From Eledone cirrhosa (taxonomy: Eukaryota): a DNA stretch of 64,000 nucleotides. Both the position numbers and the translations under genes were made by a program. The stretch is from the NCBI GenBank assembly GCA_964016885.1, contig OZ024760.1, positions 32,488,001-32,552,000 of the forward strand. Reading direction: 5' to 3'. Below the pieces are notes generated by a model. The model made no database searches and was not told the origin of the DNA. It saw only the letters and a list, made by a program, of their open reading frames with translations. Positions 47,688-62,600 of this stretch are shown piece by piece (within the stretch, counting starts at the first letter, position 1; every line of letters begins with the position of its first letter).

Positions 47688-50600
47688 CCCCCAGTCCACC
47701 CTGTACAGTGGTTGTGTAGGTCTCAGGACACAAAGCACCCAGTCCACACTGTACAGTGGTTGTGTAGGTCTCAGGACACAAAGCACCCAGACCACCCTGT
47801 ATAGTGGTTGTGTAGGTCTCAAGACAGAAAGCACCCAGTCCACCCTGTACAGTGTTGTGTAGGTCTCAAGACAGAAAGCACCCAGTCCACAGTGTACAGT
47901 GGTTGTGTAAATCTCAGGACACAATGCACCAAGTCTACCCTGTACAGTGGTTGTGTAGGTCTCAAGACAGAAAGCACCCAGTCCACCCTGTACAGTGGTT
48001 GTGTAGGTCTCAAAACAGAAATCACCCAGTCCACACTGCACAGTGGTTGTGTAGGTCACAAGTCAGAAAGCACCCAGTCCACCCTGTACAGTGGTTGTGT
48101 AGGTCTCAAGACAGAAAGCACCCAGTCCACCCTGTACAGTGGTTGTGTAGGTCTCAAGACAGAAAGCACCCAGTCAACCCTGTACAGTGGTTGTGTAGGT
48201 CTCAAGACAGAAAGCACCCAGTCCACCCTGTACAGTGGTTGTGTAGGTCTCAAGACAGAAATCACCCAGTCCTCCCTGTACAGTGTTTGTGTAGGTCTCA
48301 AGACAGAAATCACCCAGTTCACACTGTACAGTGGTTGTGTAGGTCTCAAGACAGAAAGCACCCACTCCACCCTGTACAGTGGTTGTGTAGGTCTCAAGAC
48401 AGAAATCACCCAGTCCACAGTGTACAGTGGTTGTGTAGGTCTCAAGTCAGAAAGCACCCAGTCCACCCTGTACAGTGGTTGTGTAGGTCTCAAGACAGAA
48501 AGCACCCAGTCCACCCTGTACAGTGGTTGTGTAGGTCTCAAGACAGAAAGCACCCAGTCCACCCTGTACAGTGGTTGTGTAGGTCTCAAGTCAGAAAGCA
48601 CCCAGTCCACCCTGTACAGTGGTTGTGTAGGTCTCAAGACAGAAATCACCCAGTCCACTCTGTACAGTGGTTGTGTAGGTCTCAAGACAGAAATCACCCA
48701 GTCCACAGTGTACAGTGGTTGTGTAAGTCTCAAGACAGAAAGCACCCAGTTCACCCTGTACAGTGGTTGTGTAGGTCTCAAGACAGAAAGTGCCCAGTCC
48801 ACCCTGTACAGTGGTTGTGTAGGTCTCAAGACAGAAATCACCCAGTCCACCCTGTACAGTGGTTGTGTAGGTCTCAAGACAGAAAGCACCCGGTCCACAC
48901 TGCACAGTGGTTGTGTAGGTCTCAGGACACAAAGCACCCAGACCACCCTGTACAGTGGTTGTGTAGGTCTCAGGACACAAAGCACCCAGTCCACACTGTA
49001 CAGTGGTTGTGTAGGTCTCAGGACACAAAGCACCCAGACCACCCTGTATAGTGGTTGTGTAGGTCTCAAGACAGAAAGCACCCAGTCCACCCTGTACAGT
49101 GGTTGTGTAGGTCTCAAGACAGAAAGCACCCAGTCCACAGTGTACAGTGGTTGTGTAAATCTCAGGACACAATGCACCAAGTCTACCCTGTACAGTGGTT
49201 GTGTAGGTCTCAAGACAGAAAGCACCCAGTCCACCCTGTACAGTGGTTGTGTAGGTCTCAAAACAGAAATCACCCAGTCCACACTGCACAGTGGTTGTGT
49301 AGGTCTCAAGTCAGAAAGCACCCAGTCCACCCTGTAGAGTGGTTGTGTGGGTCTCAAGACAGAAAGCACCCAGTCCACCCTGTACAGTGGTTGTGTAGGT
49401 CTCAAGACAGAAAGCACCCAGTCAACCCTGTACAGTGGTTGTGTAGGTCTCAAGACAGAAAGCACCCAGTCCACCCTGTACAGTGGTTGTGTAGGTCTCA
49501 AGACAGAAATCACCCAGTCCTTCCTGTACAGTGTTTGTGTAGGTCTCAAGACAGAAAGCACCCACTCCACCCTGTACAGTGGTTGTGTAGGTCTCAAGAC
49601 AGAAATCACCCAGTCCACAGTGTACAGTGGTTGTGTAGGTCTCAAGTCAGAAAGCACCCAGTCCACCCTGTACAGTGGTTGTGTAGGTCTCAAGACAGAA
49701 ATCACCCACTCCACCCTGTACAGTGGTTGTGTAGGTCTCAAGACAGAAATCACCCAGTCCACAGTGTACAGTGGTTGTGTAGGTCTCAAGTCAGAAAGCA
49801 CCCAGTCCACCCTGTACAGTGGTTGTGTAGGTCTCAAGACAGAAATCACCCACTCCACCCTGTACAGTGGTTGTGTAGGTCTCAAGACAGAAATCACCCA
49901 GTCCACAGTGTACAGTGGTTGTGTAGGTCTCAAGTCAGAAAGCACCCAGTCCACCCTGTACAGTGGTTGTGTAGGTCTCAAGACAGAAATCACCCAGTCC
50001 ACACTGTACAGTGGTTGTGTAGGTCTCAAGACAGAAAGTACCCAGTCCACAGTGTACAGTGATTGTGTAAATCTCAGGACACAATGCACCAAGTCTACCC
50101 TGTACAGTGGTTGTGTAGGTCTCAAGACAGAAAGCACCCAGTCCACCCTGTACAGTGGTTGTGTAGGTCTCAAAACAGAAATCACCCAGTCCACACTGCA
50201 CAGTGGTTGTGTAGGTCTCAAGTCAGAAAGCACCCAGTCCACCCTGTAGAGTGGTTGTGTAGGTCTCAAGACAGAAAGCACCCAGTCCACCCTGTACAGT
50301 GGTTGTGTAGGTCTCAAGACAGAAAGCACCCAGTCAACCCTGTACAGTGGTTGTGTAGGTCTCAAGACAGAAAGCACCCAGTCCACCCTGTACAGTGGTT
50401 GTGTAGGTCTCAAGACAGAAATCACCCAGTCCTCCCTGTACAGTGTTTGTGTAGGTCTCAAGACAGAAATCACCCAGTTCACACTGTACAGTGGTTGTGT
50501 AGGTCTCAAGACAGAAAGCACCCACTCCACCCTGTACAGTGGTTGTGTAGGTCTCAAGGCAGAAATCACCCAGTCCACAGTGTACAGTGGTTGTGTAGGT

Positions 50601-53600
50601 CTCAAGTCAGAAAGCACCCAGTCCACCCTGTACAGTGGTTGTGTAGGTCTCAAGACAGAAATCACCCAGTCCACACTGTACAGTGGTTGTGGAGGTCTCA
50701 AGACAGAAAGCACCCAGTCCACCCTGTACAGTGGTTGTGTAGGTCTCAAGTCAGAAAGCACCCAGTCCACCCTGTACAGTGGTTGTGTAGGTCTCAAGAC
50801 AGAAATCACCCAGTCCACCCTGTACAGTGGTTGTGTAGGTCTCAAGACAGAAATCACCCAGTCCACAGTGTACAGTGGTTGTGTAAGTCTCAAGACAGAA
50901 AGCACCCAGTCCACCCTGTACAGTGGTTGTGTAGGTCTCAAGACAGAAAGTGCCCAGTCCACCCTGTACAGTGGTTGTGTAGGTCTCAAGACAGAAAGTC
51001 CCCAGTCCACCCTGTACAGTGGTTGTGTAGGTCTCTAGACAGAAAGCATCTAGTCCATCCTGTACAGTGGTTGTGTAGGTCTTAAGACAGAAAGCACACA
51101 GTCCACCCTGTACAGTGGTTGTGTAGGTCTCAAGACAGAAAGCACCCAGTCCACACTGTACAGTGGTTGTGTAGGTCTCAAGACAGAAAGCGCCCAGTCC
51201 ACACTGTACAGTGGTTGTGTAAGTCTCAAGACAGAAAGCACCCAGTCCACCCTGTACAGTGGTTGTGTAGGTCTCAAGACAGAAAGCACCCAGTCCACCC
51301 TGTACAGTGGTTGTGTAGGTCTCAAGACAGAAAGCACCCAGTCCTCCCTGTACAGTGGTTGTGTAGGTCTCAAGACAGAAAGCACCCGGTCCACACTGTA
51401 CAGTGGTTGTGTAGGTCTCAAGACAGAAAGCACCCGGTCCACACTGTACAGTGGTTGTGTAGGTCTCAAGACAGAAACCACCCAGTCCTCCCTGTACAGT
51501 GGTTGTGTAGGTCTCAAGACAGAAAGCACCCAGTCCTCCCTGTACAGTGGTTGTGTAGGTCTCAAGACAGAAAGCACCTGGTCCACACTGTACAGTGGTT
51601 GTGTAGGTCTCAAGACAGAAACCACCCAGTCCACCCTGTACAGTGGTTGTGTAGGTCTCAAGACAGAAAGCACCCAGTCCTCCCTGTACAGTGGTTGTGT
51701 AGGTCTCAAGACAGAAAGCACCCAGTCCACACGGTACAGTGGTTGTGTAGGTCTCAAGACAGAAACCACCCAGTCCTCCCTGTACAGTGGTTGTGTAGGT
51801 CTCAAGACAGAAAGCACCCAGTCCACCCTGTACAGTGGTTGTGTAAATCTCAAGACAGAAAGCACCCAGTCCACCCTGTACAGTGGTTGTGTAGGTCTCA
51901 AGACAGAAAGCACCCAGTCCACCCTGTACAGTGGTTGTGTAGGTCTCAAGACAGAAAGCACCCAGTCCTCCCTGTACAGTAGTTGTGTAGGTCTGAAGAC
52001 AGAAATCACCCAGTCCACCATGTACAGTGGTTGTGTAGGTCTCAAGACAGAAAGCACCCAGTCCACCCTGTACAATGGTTGTGTAGCTCTCAAGACAGAA
52101 AGCACCCAGTCCACCCTGTACAGTGGTTGCGTAGGTCTCAAGACAGAAATCACCCAGTCCACCATGTACAGTGGTTGTGTAGGTCTCAAGACAGAAATCA
52201 CCCAGTCCACCCTGTAGAGTGGTTGTGTAGGTCTCAAGACAGAAAGCAACCAGTCCACCCTGTACAGTGGGTGTGTAGGTTTCAAGACAGAAAGCACCCA
52301 GTCCTCCCTGTACAGTGGTTGTGTAGGTCTCAAGACAGAAAGCACCCAGTCCACCCTGTACAGTGGTTGTGTAGGTCTCAAGACAGAAAGCACCCAGTCC
52401 ACCATGTACAGTGTTTGTGTAGGTCTCAAGACAGAAAGCACCCAGTCCACCCTGTACAGTGTTTGTGTAGGTCTCAAGACAGAAAGCACCCAGTCCTCCC
52501 TGTACAGTGGTTGTGTAGGTCTCAAGACAGAAATCACCCAGTCCACGCTGTACAGTGGTTGTGTAGGTCTCAAGACAGAAAGCACCCAGTCCACCCTGTA
52601 GAGTGGTTGTGTAGGTCTCAAGACAGAAAGCAACCAGTCCACCCTGTACAGTGGGTGTGTAGGTTTCAAGACAGAAAGCACCCAGTCCTCCCTGTACAGT
52701 GGTTGTGTAGGTCTCAAGACAGAAAGCACCCAGTCCACCCTGTACAGTGGTTGTGTAGGTCTCAAGACAGAAAGCACCCAGTCCACCATGTACAGTGTTT
52801 GTGTAGGTCTCAAGACAGAAAGCACCCAGTCCACCCTGTACAGTGGTTGTGTAGGTCTCAAGACAGAAAGCACACAGTCCACACTGTACAGTGGTTGTGT
52901 AGGTCTCAAGACAGAAAGCACCCAGTCCACACTGTACAGTGGTTGTGTAGGTCTCAAGACAGAAAGCACCCAGTCCACCCTGTACAGTGGTTGTGTAGGT
53001 CTCAAGACAGAAAGTCCCCAGTCCACCCTGTACAGTCCCTGTACAGTGGTTGTGTAGGTCTCTAGACAGAAAGCATCTAGTCCATCCTGTACAGTGGTTG
53101 TGTAGGTCTTAAGACAGAAAGCACCCAGTCCACCCTGTACAGTGGTTGTGTAGGTCTCAAGACAGAAAGCACCCAGTCCACACTGTACAGTGGTTGTGTA
53201 GGTCTCAAGACAGAAAGCACCCAGTCCACACTGTACAGTGGTTGTGTAAGTCTCAAGACAGAAAGCACCCAGTCCACCCTGTACAGTGGTTGTGTAGGTC
53301 TCAAGACAGAAAGCACCCAGTCCACCCTGTACAGTGGTTGTGTAGGTCGCAAGACAGAAAGTGCCCAGTCCACCCTGTACAGTGGTTGTGTAGGTCTCAA
53401 GACAGAAATCACCCAGTCCACCCTGTACAGTGGGTGTGTAGGTCTCAAGACAGAAAGCACCCAGTCCACCCTGTACAGTGGTTGTGTAGGTCTCGAGACA
53501 GAAAGAACCCAGTCCACACTGTACAGTGGTTGTGTAAGTCTCAAGACAGAAAGCACCCAGTCCACACTGTACAGTGGTTGTGTAGGTCTCAAGACAGAAA

Positions 53601-56600
53601 TCACCCAGTCCACCCTGTACAGTGGTTGTGTAGGTCTCAAGACAGAAACACCCGGTCCACACTGTACAGTGGTTGTGTAGGTCTCAAGACAGAAAGCACC
53701 CAGTACTCACTGTACAGTGGTTGTGTAGGTCTCAAGACAGAAAGCACCCAGTCCACCCTGTACAGTGGATGTGTAGGTCTCAAGACAGAAAGCACCCAGT
53801 CCACCCTGTACAGTGGTTGTGTAGGTCTCAAGACAGAAAGAACCCAGTCCACACTGTACAGTGGTTGTGTAGGTCTCAAGACAGAAATCACCCAGTCCAC
53901 CCTGTACAGTGGTTGTGTAGGTCTCAAGACAGAAACACCCGGTCCACACTGTACAGTGGTTGTGTAGGTCTCAAGACAGAAAGCACCCAGTACTCACTGT
54001 ACAGTGGTTGTGTAGGTCTCAAGACAGAAAGCACCCAGTCCACCCTGTACAGTGGGTGTGTAGGTCTCAAGACAGAAAGCACCCAGTCCACCCTGTACAG
54101 TGGTTGTGTAGGTCTCAAGACAGAAAGAACCCAGTCCACACTGTACAGTGGTTGTGTAGGTCTCAAGACAGAAATCACCCAGTCCACCCTGTACAGTGGT
54201 TGTGTAGGTCTCAAGACAGAAAGCACCCGGTCCACACTGTACAGTGGTTGTGTAGGTCTCAAGACAGAAAGCACCCAGTACTCACTGTACAGTGGTTGTG
54301 TAGGTCTCAAGACAGAAAGCACCCAGTCCACACTGTACAGTGGTTGTGTAGGTCTCAAGACAGAAAGCAGCCAGTCCACCCTGTACAGTGGTTGTGTAGG
54401 TCTCAAGACAGATATCACCCAGTCCACCATGTACAGTGGTTGTGTAGCTCTCAAGACAGAAAGCACCCAGTCCACCCTGTACAGTGGTTGTGTAGGTCTC
54501 AAGACAGAAAGCAGCCAGTCCACCCTGTACAGTTGTTGTGTAGGTCTGAAGACAGAAAACAGCCAGTCCACCCTGTACAGTGGTTGTGTAGGTCTGAAGA
54601 CAGAAATCACCCAGTCCACCATGTACAGTGGTTGTGTAGGTCTCAAGACAGAAAGCACCCAGTCCACCCTGTACAGTGGTTGTGTAGGTCTCAAGACAGA
54701 AATCACCCAGCCCACCATGTACAGTAGTTGTGTAGGTCTCAAGACAGAAAGCACCCAGTCCACCCTGTACAGTGGTTGTGTAGGTCTCAAGACAGAAATC
54801 ACCCAGTCCACCCTGTACAGTGGTTGTGTAAGTCACAAGACAGAAAGCAACCAGTCCCCCCTGTACAGTGGGTGTGTAGGTGTCAAGACAGAAAGCACCC
54901 AGTCCACAGTGTACAGTGGTTGTGTAGGTCTCAAGACAGAAAGAATCACCCAGTCCTCCCTGTACAGTAGTTGTGTAGGTCTCAAGACAGAAAGAACCCA
55001 GACCACCATGTACAATGGTTGTGTAGGTCTCAAGACAGAAATCACCCATTCCACCCTGTACAGTAGTTGTGTAGGTCTCAATACAGAAATCACCCAGTCC
55101 ACCCTGTACAGTGGTTGTGTAGGTCTCAAGACAGAAAGCACCCAGTCCACCCTGTACAGTGGTTGTGTAGGTCTCAAGACAGAAAGAACCCAGTCCACAC
55201 TGTACAGTGGTTGTGTAGGTCTCAAGACAGAAAGCACCCAGTCCACCCTGTACAGTGGTTGAGTAGGTCTCAAGACAGAAAGCACCCGGTCCACACTGTA
55301 CAGTGGTTGTGTAGGTCTCAAGACAGAAAGCACCCAGTACTCACAGTACAGTGGTTGTGTAGGTCTCAAGACAGAAAGCACCCAGTCCACACTGTACAGT
55401 GGTTGTGTAGGTCTCAAGACAGAAACAGACAGTCCACCCTGTACAGTGGTTGTGTAGGTCTCAAGACAGAAATCACCCAGTCCACCATGTACAGTGGTTG
55501 TGTAGGTCTCAAGACAGAAAGCACCCAGTCCACCCTGTGCAGTGGTTGTGTAGCTCTCAAGACAGAAAGCACCCAGTCCACCCTGTACAGTGGTTGTGTA
55601 GGTCTCAAGACAGAAAGCAGCCAGTCCACGCTGTACAGTGGTTGTGTAGGTCTCAAGACAGAAAACAGCCAGTCCACCCTGTACAGTGGTTGTGTAGGTC
55701 TCAAGACAGAAAGCAGCCAGTCCACGCTGTACAGTGGTTGTGTAGGTCTCAAGACAGAAAACAGCCAGTCCACCCTGTACAGTGGTTGTGTAGGTCTGAA
55801 GACAGAAAGCACCCAGTCCACCCTGTACAGTGGTTGTGTAGCTCTCAAGACAGAAAGCACCCAGTCCACCCTGTACAGTGGTTGTGTAGCTCTCAAGACA
55901 GAAAGCACCCAGTCCACCCTGTACAGTGGTTGTGTAGGTCTCAAGACAGAAAGCAGCCAGTCCACGCTGTACAGTGGTTGTGTAGGTCTCAAGACAGAAA
56001 CCACAAAGTCCACCCTGTACAGTGGTTGTGTAGGTCTCAAGACAGAAAGCACCCAGTCCACCCTGTACAGTGGTTGTGTAGGTCTCAAGACAGAAAACAG
56101 CCAGTCCACCCTGTACAGTGGTTGTGTAGGTCTGAAGACAGAAAGCACCCAGTCCACCCTGTACAGTGGTTGTGTAGCTCTCAAGACAGAAAGCACCCAG
56201 TCCACCCTGTACAGTGGTTGTGTAGCTCTCAAGACAGAAAGCACCCAGTCCACCCTGTACAGTGGTTGTGTAGGTCTCAAGACAGAAAGCAGCCAGTCCA
56301 CGCTGTACAGTGGTTGTGTAGGTCTCAAGACAGAAAACAGCCAGTCCACCCTGTACAGTGGTTGTGTAGGTCTGAAGACAGAAATCACCCAGTCCACCAT
56401 GTACAGTGGTTGTGTAGGTCTCAAGACAGAAAGCACCCAGTCCACACTGTACAGTGGTTGTGTAGGTCTCAAGACAGAAAGCACCCAGTCCACCCTGTAC
56501 AGTGGTTGTGTAGGTCTCAAGACAGAAAGCACCCAGTCCACGCTGTACAGTGGTTGTGTAGGTCTCAAGACAGAAAACAGCCAGTCCACCCTGTACAGTG

Positions 56601-59600
56601 GTTGTGTAGGTCTGAAGACAGAAAGCACCCAGTCCACCCTGTACAGTGGTTGTGTAGCTCTCAAGACAGAAAGCACCCAGTCCACCCTGTACAGTGGTTG
56701 TGTAGGTCTCAAGACAGAAATCACCCAGTCCACCATGTACAGTGGTTGTGTAGGTCTCAAGACAGAAAGCACCCAGTCCACCCTGTACAGTGGTTGTGTA
56801 AGTCTCAAGACAGAAAGCAACCAGTCCCCCCTGTACAGTGGTTGTGTAGGTCTCAAGACAGAAAGCACCCAGTCCACCCTGTACAGTGGTTGTGTAGGTC
56901 TCAAGACAGAAAGAACCCAGTCCACAGTGTACAGTGGTTGTGTAGGTCTCAAGACAGAAAGCACCCAGTCCACCCTGTACAGTGGTTGTGTAGGTCTCAA
57001 GACAGAAAGAACCCAGTCCACAGTGTACAGTGGTTGTGTAGGTCTCAAGACAGAAAGCAACCAGTCCACCCTGTACAGTGGGTGTGTAGGTGTCAAGACA
57101 GAAAGCACCCAGTCCTCCCTGTACAGTGGTTGTGTAGGTCTCAAGACAGAAAATACCCAGTCCACCCTGTACAGTGGTTGTGTAGGTCTCAAGACAGAAA
57201 GCACCCAGTCCACCCTGTACAGTGGCTGTGTAGGTCTCAAGACAGAAAGCACGCAGTCCACCATGTACAGTGTTTGTGTAGGTCTCAAGACAGAAAGCAC
57301 CCATTCCACCCTGTACAGTGGTTGTGTAGGTCTCAAGACAGAAAGCACACAGTCCACACTGTACAGTGGTTGTGTAGGTCTCAAGACAGAAAGCACCCAG
57401 TCCACACTGTACAGTGGTTGTGTAGGTCTCAAGACAGAAATCACCCAGTCCACCCTGTACAGTGGTTGTGTAGGTCTCAAGACAGAAAGCACACAGTCCA
57501 CCCTGTACAATGGTTGTGTAGGTCTCAAGACAGAAAGAACCCAGACCACACTGTACAGTGGTTGTGTAGGTCTCAAGACAGAAAGCAACCAGTCCACCCT
57601 GTACAGTGGGTGTGTAGGTGTCAAGACAGAAAGCACCCAGTCCTCCCTGTACAGTGGTTGTGTAGGTCTCAAGACAGAAAACACCCAGTCCACCCTGTAC
57701 AGTGGTTGTGTAGGTCTCAAGACAGAAAGCACCCAGTCCACCCTGTACAGTGGTTGTGTAGGTCTCAAGACAGAAATCACCCAGTCCACCCTGTACAGTG
57801 GTTGTGTAGGTCTCAAGACAGAAAGCACCCAGTCCACCCTGTACAGTGGTTGTGTAGGTCTCAAGACAGAAAGCACCCGGTCCACACTGTACAGTGGTTG
57901 TGTAGGTCTCAAGACAGAAAGCACCCAGTACTCACTGTACAGTGGTTGTGTAGGTCTCAAGACAGAAAGCACCCAGTCCACACTGTACAGTGGTTGTGTA
58001 GGTCTCAAGACAGAAACAGATAGTCCACCCTGTACAGTGGTTGTGTAGGTCTCAAGACAGAAATCACCCAGTCCACCATGTACAGTGGTTGTGTAGGTCT
58101 CAAGACAGAAAGCACCCAGTCCACCCTGTACAGTGGTTGTGTAGGTCTCAAGACAGAAAGCACCCAGTCCACCCTGTACAGTGGTTGTGTAGGTCTCAAG
58201 ACAGAAAGCAGCCAGTCCACGCTGTACAGTGGTTGTGTAGGTCTCAAGACAGAAAGCAACCAGTCCACCCTGTACAGTGGTTGTGTAGCTCTCAAGACAG
58301 AAAGCACCCAGTCCACCCTGTACAGTGGTTGTCTAGGTCTCAAGACAGAAATCACCCAGTCCACCATGTACGGTGGTTTTGTAGGTCTCAAGACAGAAAT
58401 CACCCAGTCCACCCTGTACAGTGGTTGTGTAGGTCTCAAGACAGAAATCACCCAGTCCACCCTGTACAGTGGTTGTGTAGGTCTGAAGACAGAAATCACC
58501 CAGTCCACCCTGTACAGTGGTTGTGTAAGTCTCAAGACAGAAAGCAACCAGTCCCCCCCTGTACAGTGGGTGTGTAGGTGTCAAGACAGAAAGCACCTAG
58601 TCCACAGTGTACAGTGGTTGTGCAGGTCTCAAGACAGAAAGAATCACCCAGTCCACCCTGTACAGTAGTTGTGTAGGTCTTAAGACAGAAAGTGCCCAGT
58701 CCACCCTGTACAGTGGTTGTGTAGGTCTCAAGACAGAAATCACCCAGTCCACCCTGTACAGTGGTTGTGTAGGTCTCAAGACAGAAAGCACCCAGTCCAC
58801 CCTGTACAGTGGTTGTGTAGGTCTCAAGACAGAAAGAACCCAGTCCACACTGTACAGTGGTTGTGTAGGTCTCAAGACAGAAAGCAACCAGTCCACCGTG
58901 TACAGTGGGTGTGTAGGTGTCAAGACAGAAAGCACCCAGTCCTCCCTGTACAGTGGTTGTGTAGGTCTCAAGACAGAAAACACCCAGTCCACCCTGTACA
59001 GTGGTTGTGTAGGTCTCAAGACAGAAAGCACCCAGTCCACCCTGTACAGTGGCTGTGTAGGTCTCAAGACAGAAAGCACGCAGTCCACCATGTACAGTGT
59101 TTGTGTAGGTCTCAAGACAGAAAGCACCCAGTCCACCCTGTACAGTGGTTGTGTAGGTCTCAAGACAGAAAGCACACAGTGCACACTGTACAGTGGTTGT
59201 GTAGGTCTCAAGACAGAAAGCACCCAGTCCACACTGTACAGTGGTTGTGTAGGTCTGAAGACAGAAAGCACCCAGTCCTACCTGTACAGTGGTTGTGTAG
59301 GTCTCAAGACAGAAAGCACCCAGTCCACCCTGTACAGTGGTTGTGTAGGTCTCAAGACAGAAATCACCCAGTCCACACTGTACAGTGGTTGTGTAGGTCT
59401 CAAGACAGAAAGCACCCAGTCCACCCTGTACAGTGGTTGTGTAGGTCTCAAGACAGAAAGCACCCGGTCCACACTGTATAGTGGTTGTGTAGGTCTCAAG
59501 ACAGAAAGCACCCAGTACTCACTGTACAGTGGTTGTGTAGGTCTCAAGACAGAAAGCACCCAGTCCACCCTGTACAGTGGTTGTGTAGGTCTCAAGACAG

Positions 59601-62600
59601 AAACAGACAGTCCACCCTGTACAGTGGTTGTGTAGGTCTCAAGACAGAAATCACCCAGTCCACCATGTACAGTGTTTGTGTAGGTCTCAAGACAGAAAGC
59701 ACCCAGTCCACCCTGTACAGTGGTTGTGTAGCTCTCAAGACAGAAAGCACCCAGTCCACCCTGTACAGTGGTTGTGTAGGTGTCAAGACAGAAAACAGCC
59801 AGTCCACCCTGTACAGTGGTTGTGTAGGTCTGAAGACAGAAATCACCCAGTCCACCATGTACAGTGGTTGTGTAGGTCTCAAGACAGAAAGCACCCAGTC
59901 CACCCTGTACAGTGGTTGTGTAGCTCTCAAGACAGAAAGCACCCAGTCCACCCTGTACAGTGGTTGTGTAGGTCTCAAGACAGAAAGCACCCAGTCCACC
60001 CTGTACAGTGGTTGTGTAGGTCTGAAGACAGAAAGCACACAGTCCACACTGTACAGTGGTTGTGTAGGTCTCAAGACAGAAAGCACCCAGTCCACACTGT
60101 ACAGTGGTTGTGTAGGTCTGAAGACAGAAAGCACCCAGTCCTCCCTGTACAGTGGTTGTGTAGGTCTCAAGACAGAAAGCACCCAGTCCACCCTGTACAG
60201 TGGTTGTGTAGGTCTCAAGACAGAAATCACCCAGTCCACCCTGTACAGTGGTTGTGTAGGTCTCAAGACAGAAAGCACCCAGTCCACCCTGTACAGTGGT
60301 TGTGTAGGTCTCAAGACAGAAAGCACACAGTCCTCACTGTTCAGTGGTTGTGTAGGTCTCAAGACAGAAAGCACCCAGGCCACCCTGTACAGTGGTTGTG
60401 TAGCTCTCAAGAGAGAAAGCACCCAGTCCACTCTGTACAGTGGTTGTGTAGGTCTCAAGACAGAAATCACCCAGTCCACCATGTACAGTGGTTGTGTAAG
60501 TCTCAAGACAGAAAGCAACCAGTCCCCCCTGTACAGTGGGTGTGTAGGTGTCAAGACAGAAAGCACCCAGTCCACAGTGTACAGTGGTTGTGTAGGTCTC
60601 AAGACAGAAAGAATCACCCAGTCCACCCTGTACAGTAGTTGCGTAGGTATCAAGACAGAAAGTGCCCAGTCCACCCTGTACAGTGGTTGTGTAGGTCTCA
60701 AGACAGAAATCACCCAGTCCACCCTGTACAGTGCTTGTGTAGGTCTCAAGACAGAAAGCACCCAGTCCACCCTGTACAGTGGTTGTGTAGGTCTCAAGAC
60801 AGAAAGAACCCAGACCACACTGTACAGTGGTTGTGTAGGTCTCAAGAGAGAAAGCAACCAGTCCACCCTGTACAGTGGGTGTGTAGGTGTCAAGACAGAA
60901 AGCACCCATTTCTCCCTGTACAGTGGTTGTGTAGGTCTCAAGACAGAAAACACCCAGTCCACCCTGTACAGTGGTTGTGTAGGTCTCAAGACAGAAAGCA
61001 CCCAGTCCACCCTGTACAGTGGCTGTGTTGGTCTCAAGACAGAAAGCACGCAGTCCACCATGTACAGTGTTTGTGTAGGTCTCAAGACAGAAATCACCCA
61101 GTCCACCCTGTACAGTGGTTGTGTAGGTCTCAAGACAGAAAGCACACAGTCCACACTGTACAGTGGTTGTGTAGGTCTCAAGACAGAAAGCACCCAGTCC
61201 ACACTGTACAGTGGTTGTGTAGGTCTCAAGACAGAAAGCACCCAGTCCTCCCTGTACAGTGGTTGTGTAGGTCTCAAGACAGAAAGCACCCAGTCCACCC
61301 TGTACAGTGGTTGTGTAGGTCTCAAGACAGAAAGCACCCAGTCCACCCTGTACAGTGGTTGTGTAGGTCTCAAGACAGAAAGCACCCAGTCCACCCTGTA
61401 CAGTGGTTGTGTAGGTCTCAAGACAGAAAGCACCCGGTCCACACTGTACAGTGATTGTGTAGGTCTCAAGACAGAAAGCATCCGGTACTCACTGTACAGT
61501 GGTTGTGTAGGTCTCAAGACAGAAAGCACCCAGTCCACACTGTACAGTGGTTGTGTAGGTCTCAAGACAGAAATCACCCAGTCCACCATGTACAGTGGTT
61601 GTGTAGGTCCCAAGACAGAAATCACCCAGTCCACCATGTACAGTGGTTCTGTAGGTCTCAAGACAGAAAGCACCCAGTCCACCCTGTACAGTGGTTGTGT
61701 AGCTCTCAAGACAGAAAGCACCCAGTCCACCCTGTACAGTGGTTGTGTAGGTCTCAAGACAGAAAGCACCCAGTCCACCCTGTACAGTGGCTGTGTAGGT
61801 GTCAAGACAGAAAGCACCCAGTCCACACTGTACAGTGTTTGTGTAGGTCTCAAGACAGAAAGCACCCAGTCCACCCTGTACAGTGGTTGTGTAGGTCTCA
61901 AGACAGAAAGCACACAGTCCACACTGTACAGTGGTTGTGTAGGTCTCAAGACAGAAAGCACCCAGTCCACACTGTACAGTGGTTGTGTAGGTCTCAAGAC
62001 AGAAAGCACCCAGTCCTCCCTGTACAGTGGTTGTGTAGGTCTCAAGACAGAAAGCACCCAGTCCACCCTGTACAGTGGTTGTGTAGGTCTCAAGACAGAA
62101 ATCACCCAGTCCACCCTGTACAGTGGTTGTGTAGGTCTCAAGACAGAAAGCACCCAGTCCACCCTGTACAGTGGTTGTGTAGGTCTCAAGACAGAAAGCA
62201 CCCGGTCCACACTGTACAGTGGTTGTGTAGGTCTCAAGACAGAAAGCACCCAGTACTCACTGTACAGTGGTTGTGTAGGTCTCAAGACAGAAAGCACCCA
62301 GTCCACACTGTACAGTGGTTGTGTAGGTCTCAAGACAGAAAGCACGCAGTCCACCATGTACAGTGGTTGTGTAGGTCTCAATACAGAAAGCACCCACTCC
62401 ACCCTGTACAGTGGTTGTGTAGGTATCAAGACAGAAAGTGCCCAGTCCACCCTGTACAGTGGTTGTGTAGGTCTCAAGACAGAAATCACCCAGTCCACCC
62501 TGTACAGTGCTTGTGTAGGTCTCAAGACAGAAAGCACCCAGTCCACCCTGTACAGTGGTTGTGTAGGTCTCAAGACAGAAAGAACCCAGACCACACTGTA

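Noticed and set aside
47380-47690. Possible minus-strand exon or 3' end (GTAAGT at ~47606, AATAAA at ~47391)
   Set aside because: No recognisable product or acceptor; signals could occur by chance.
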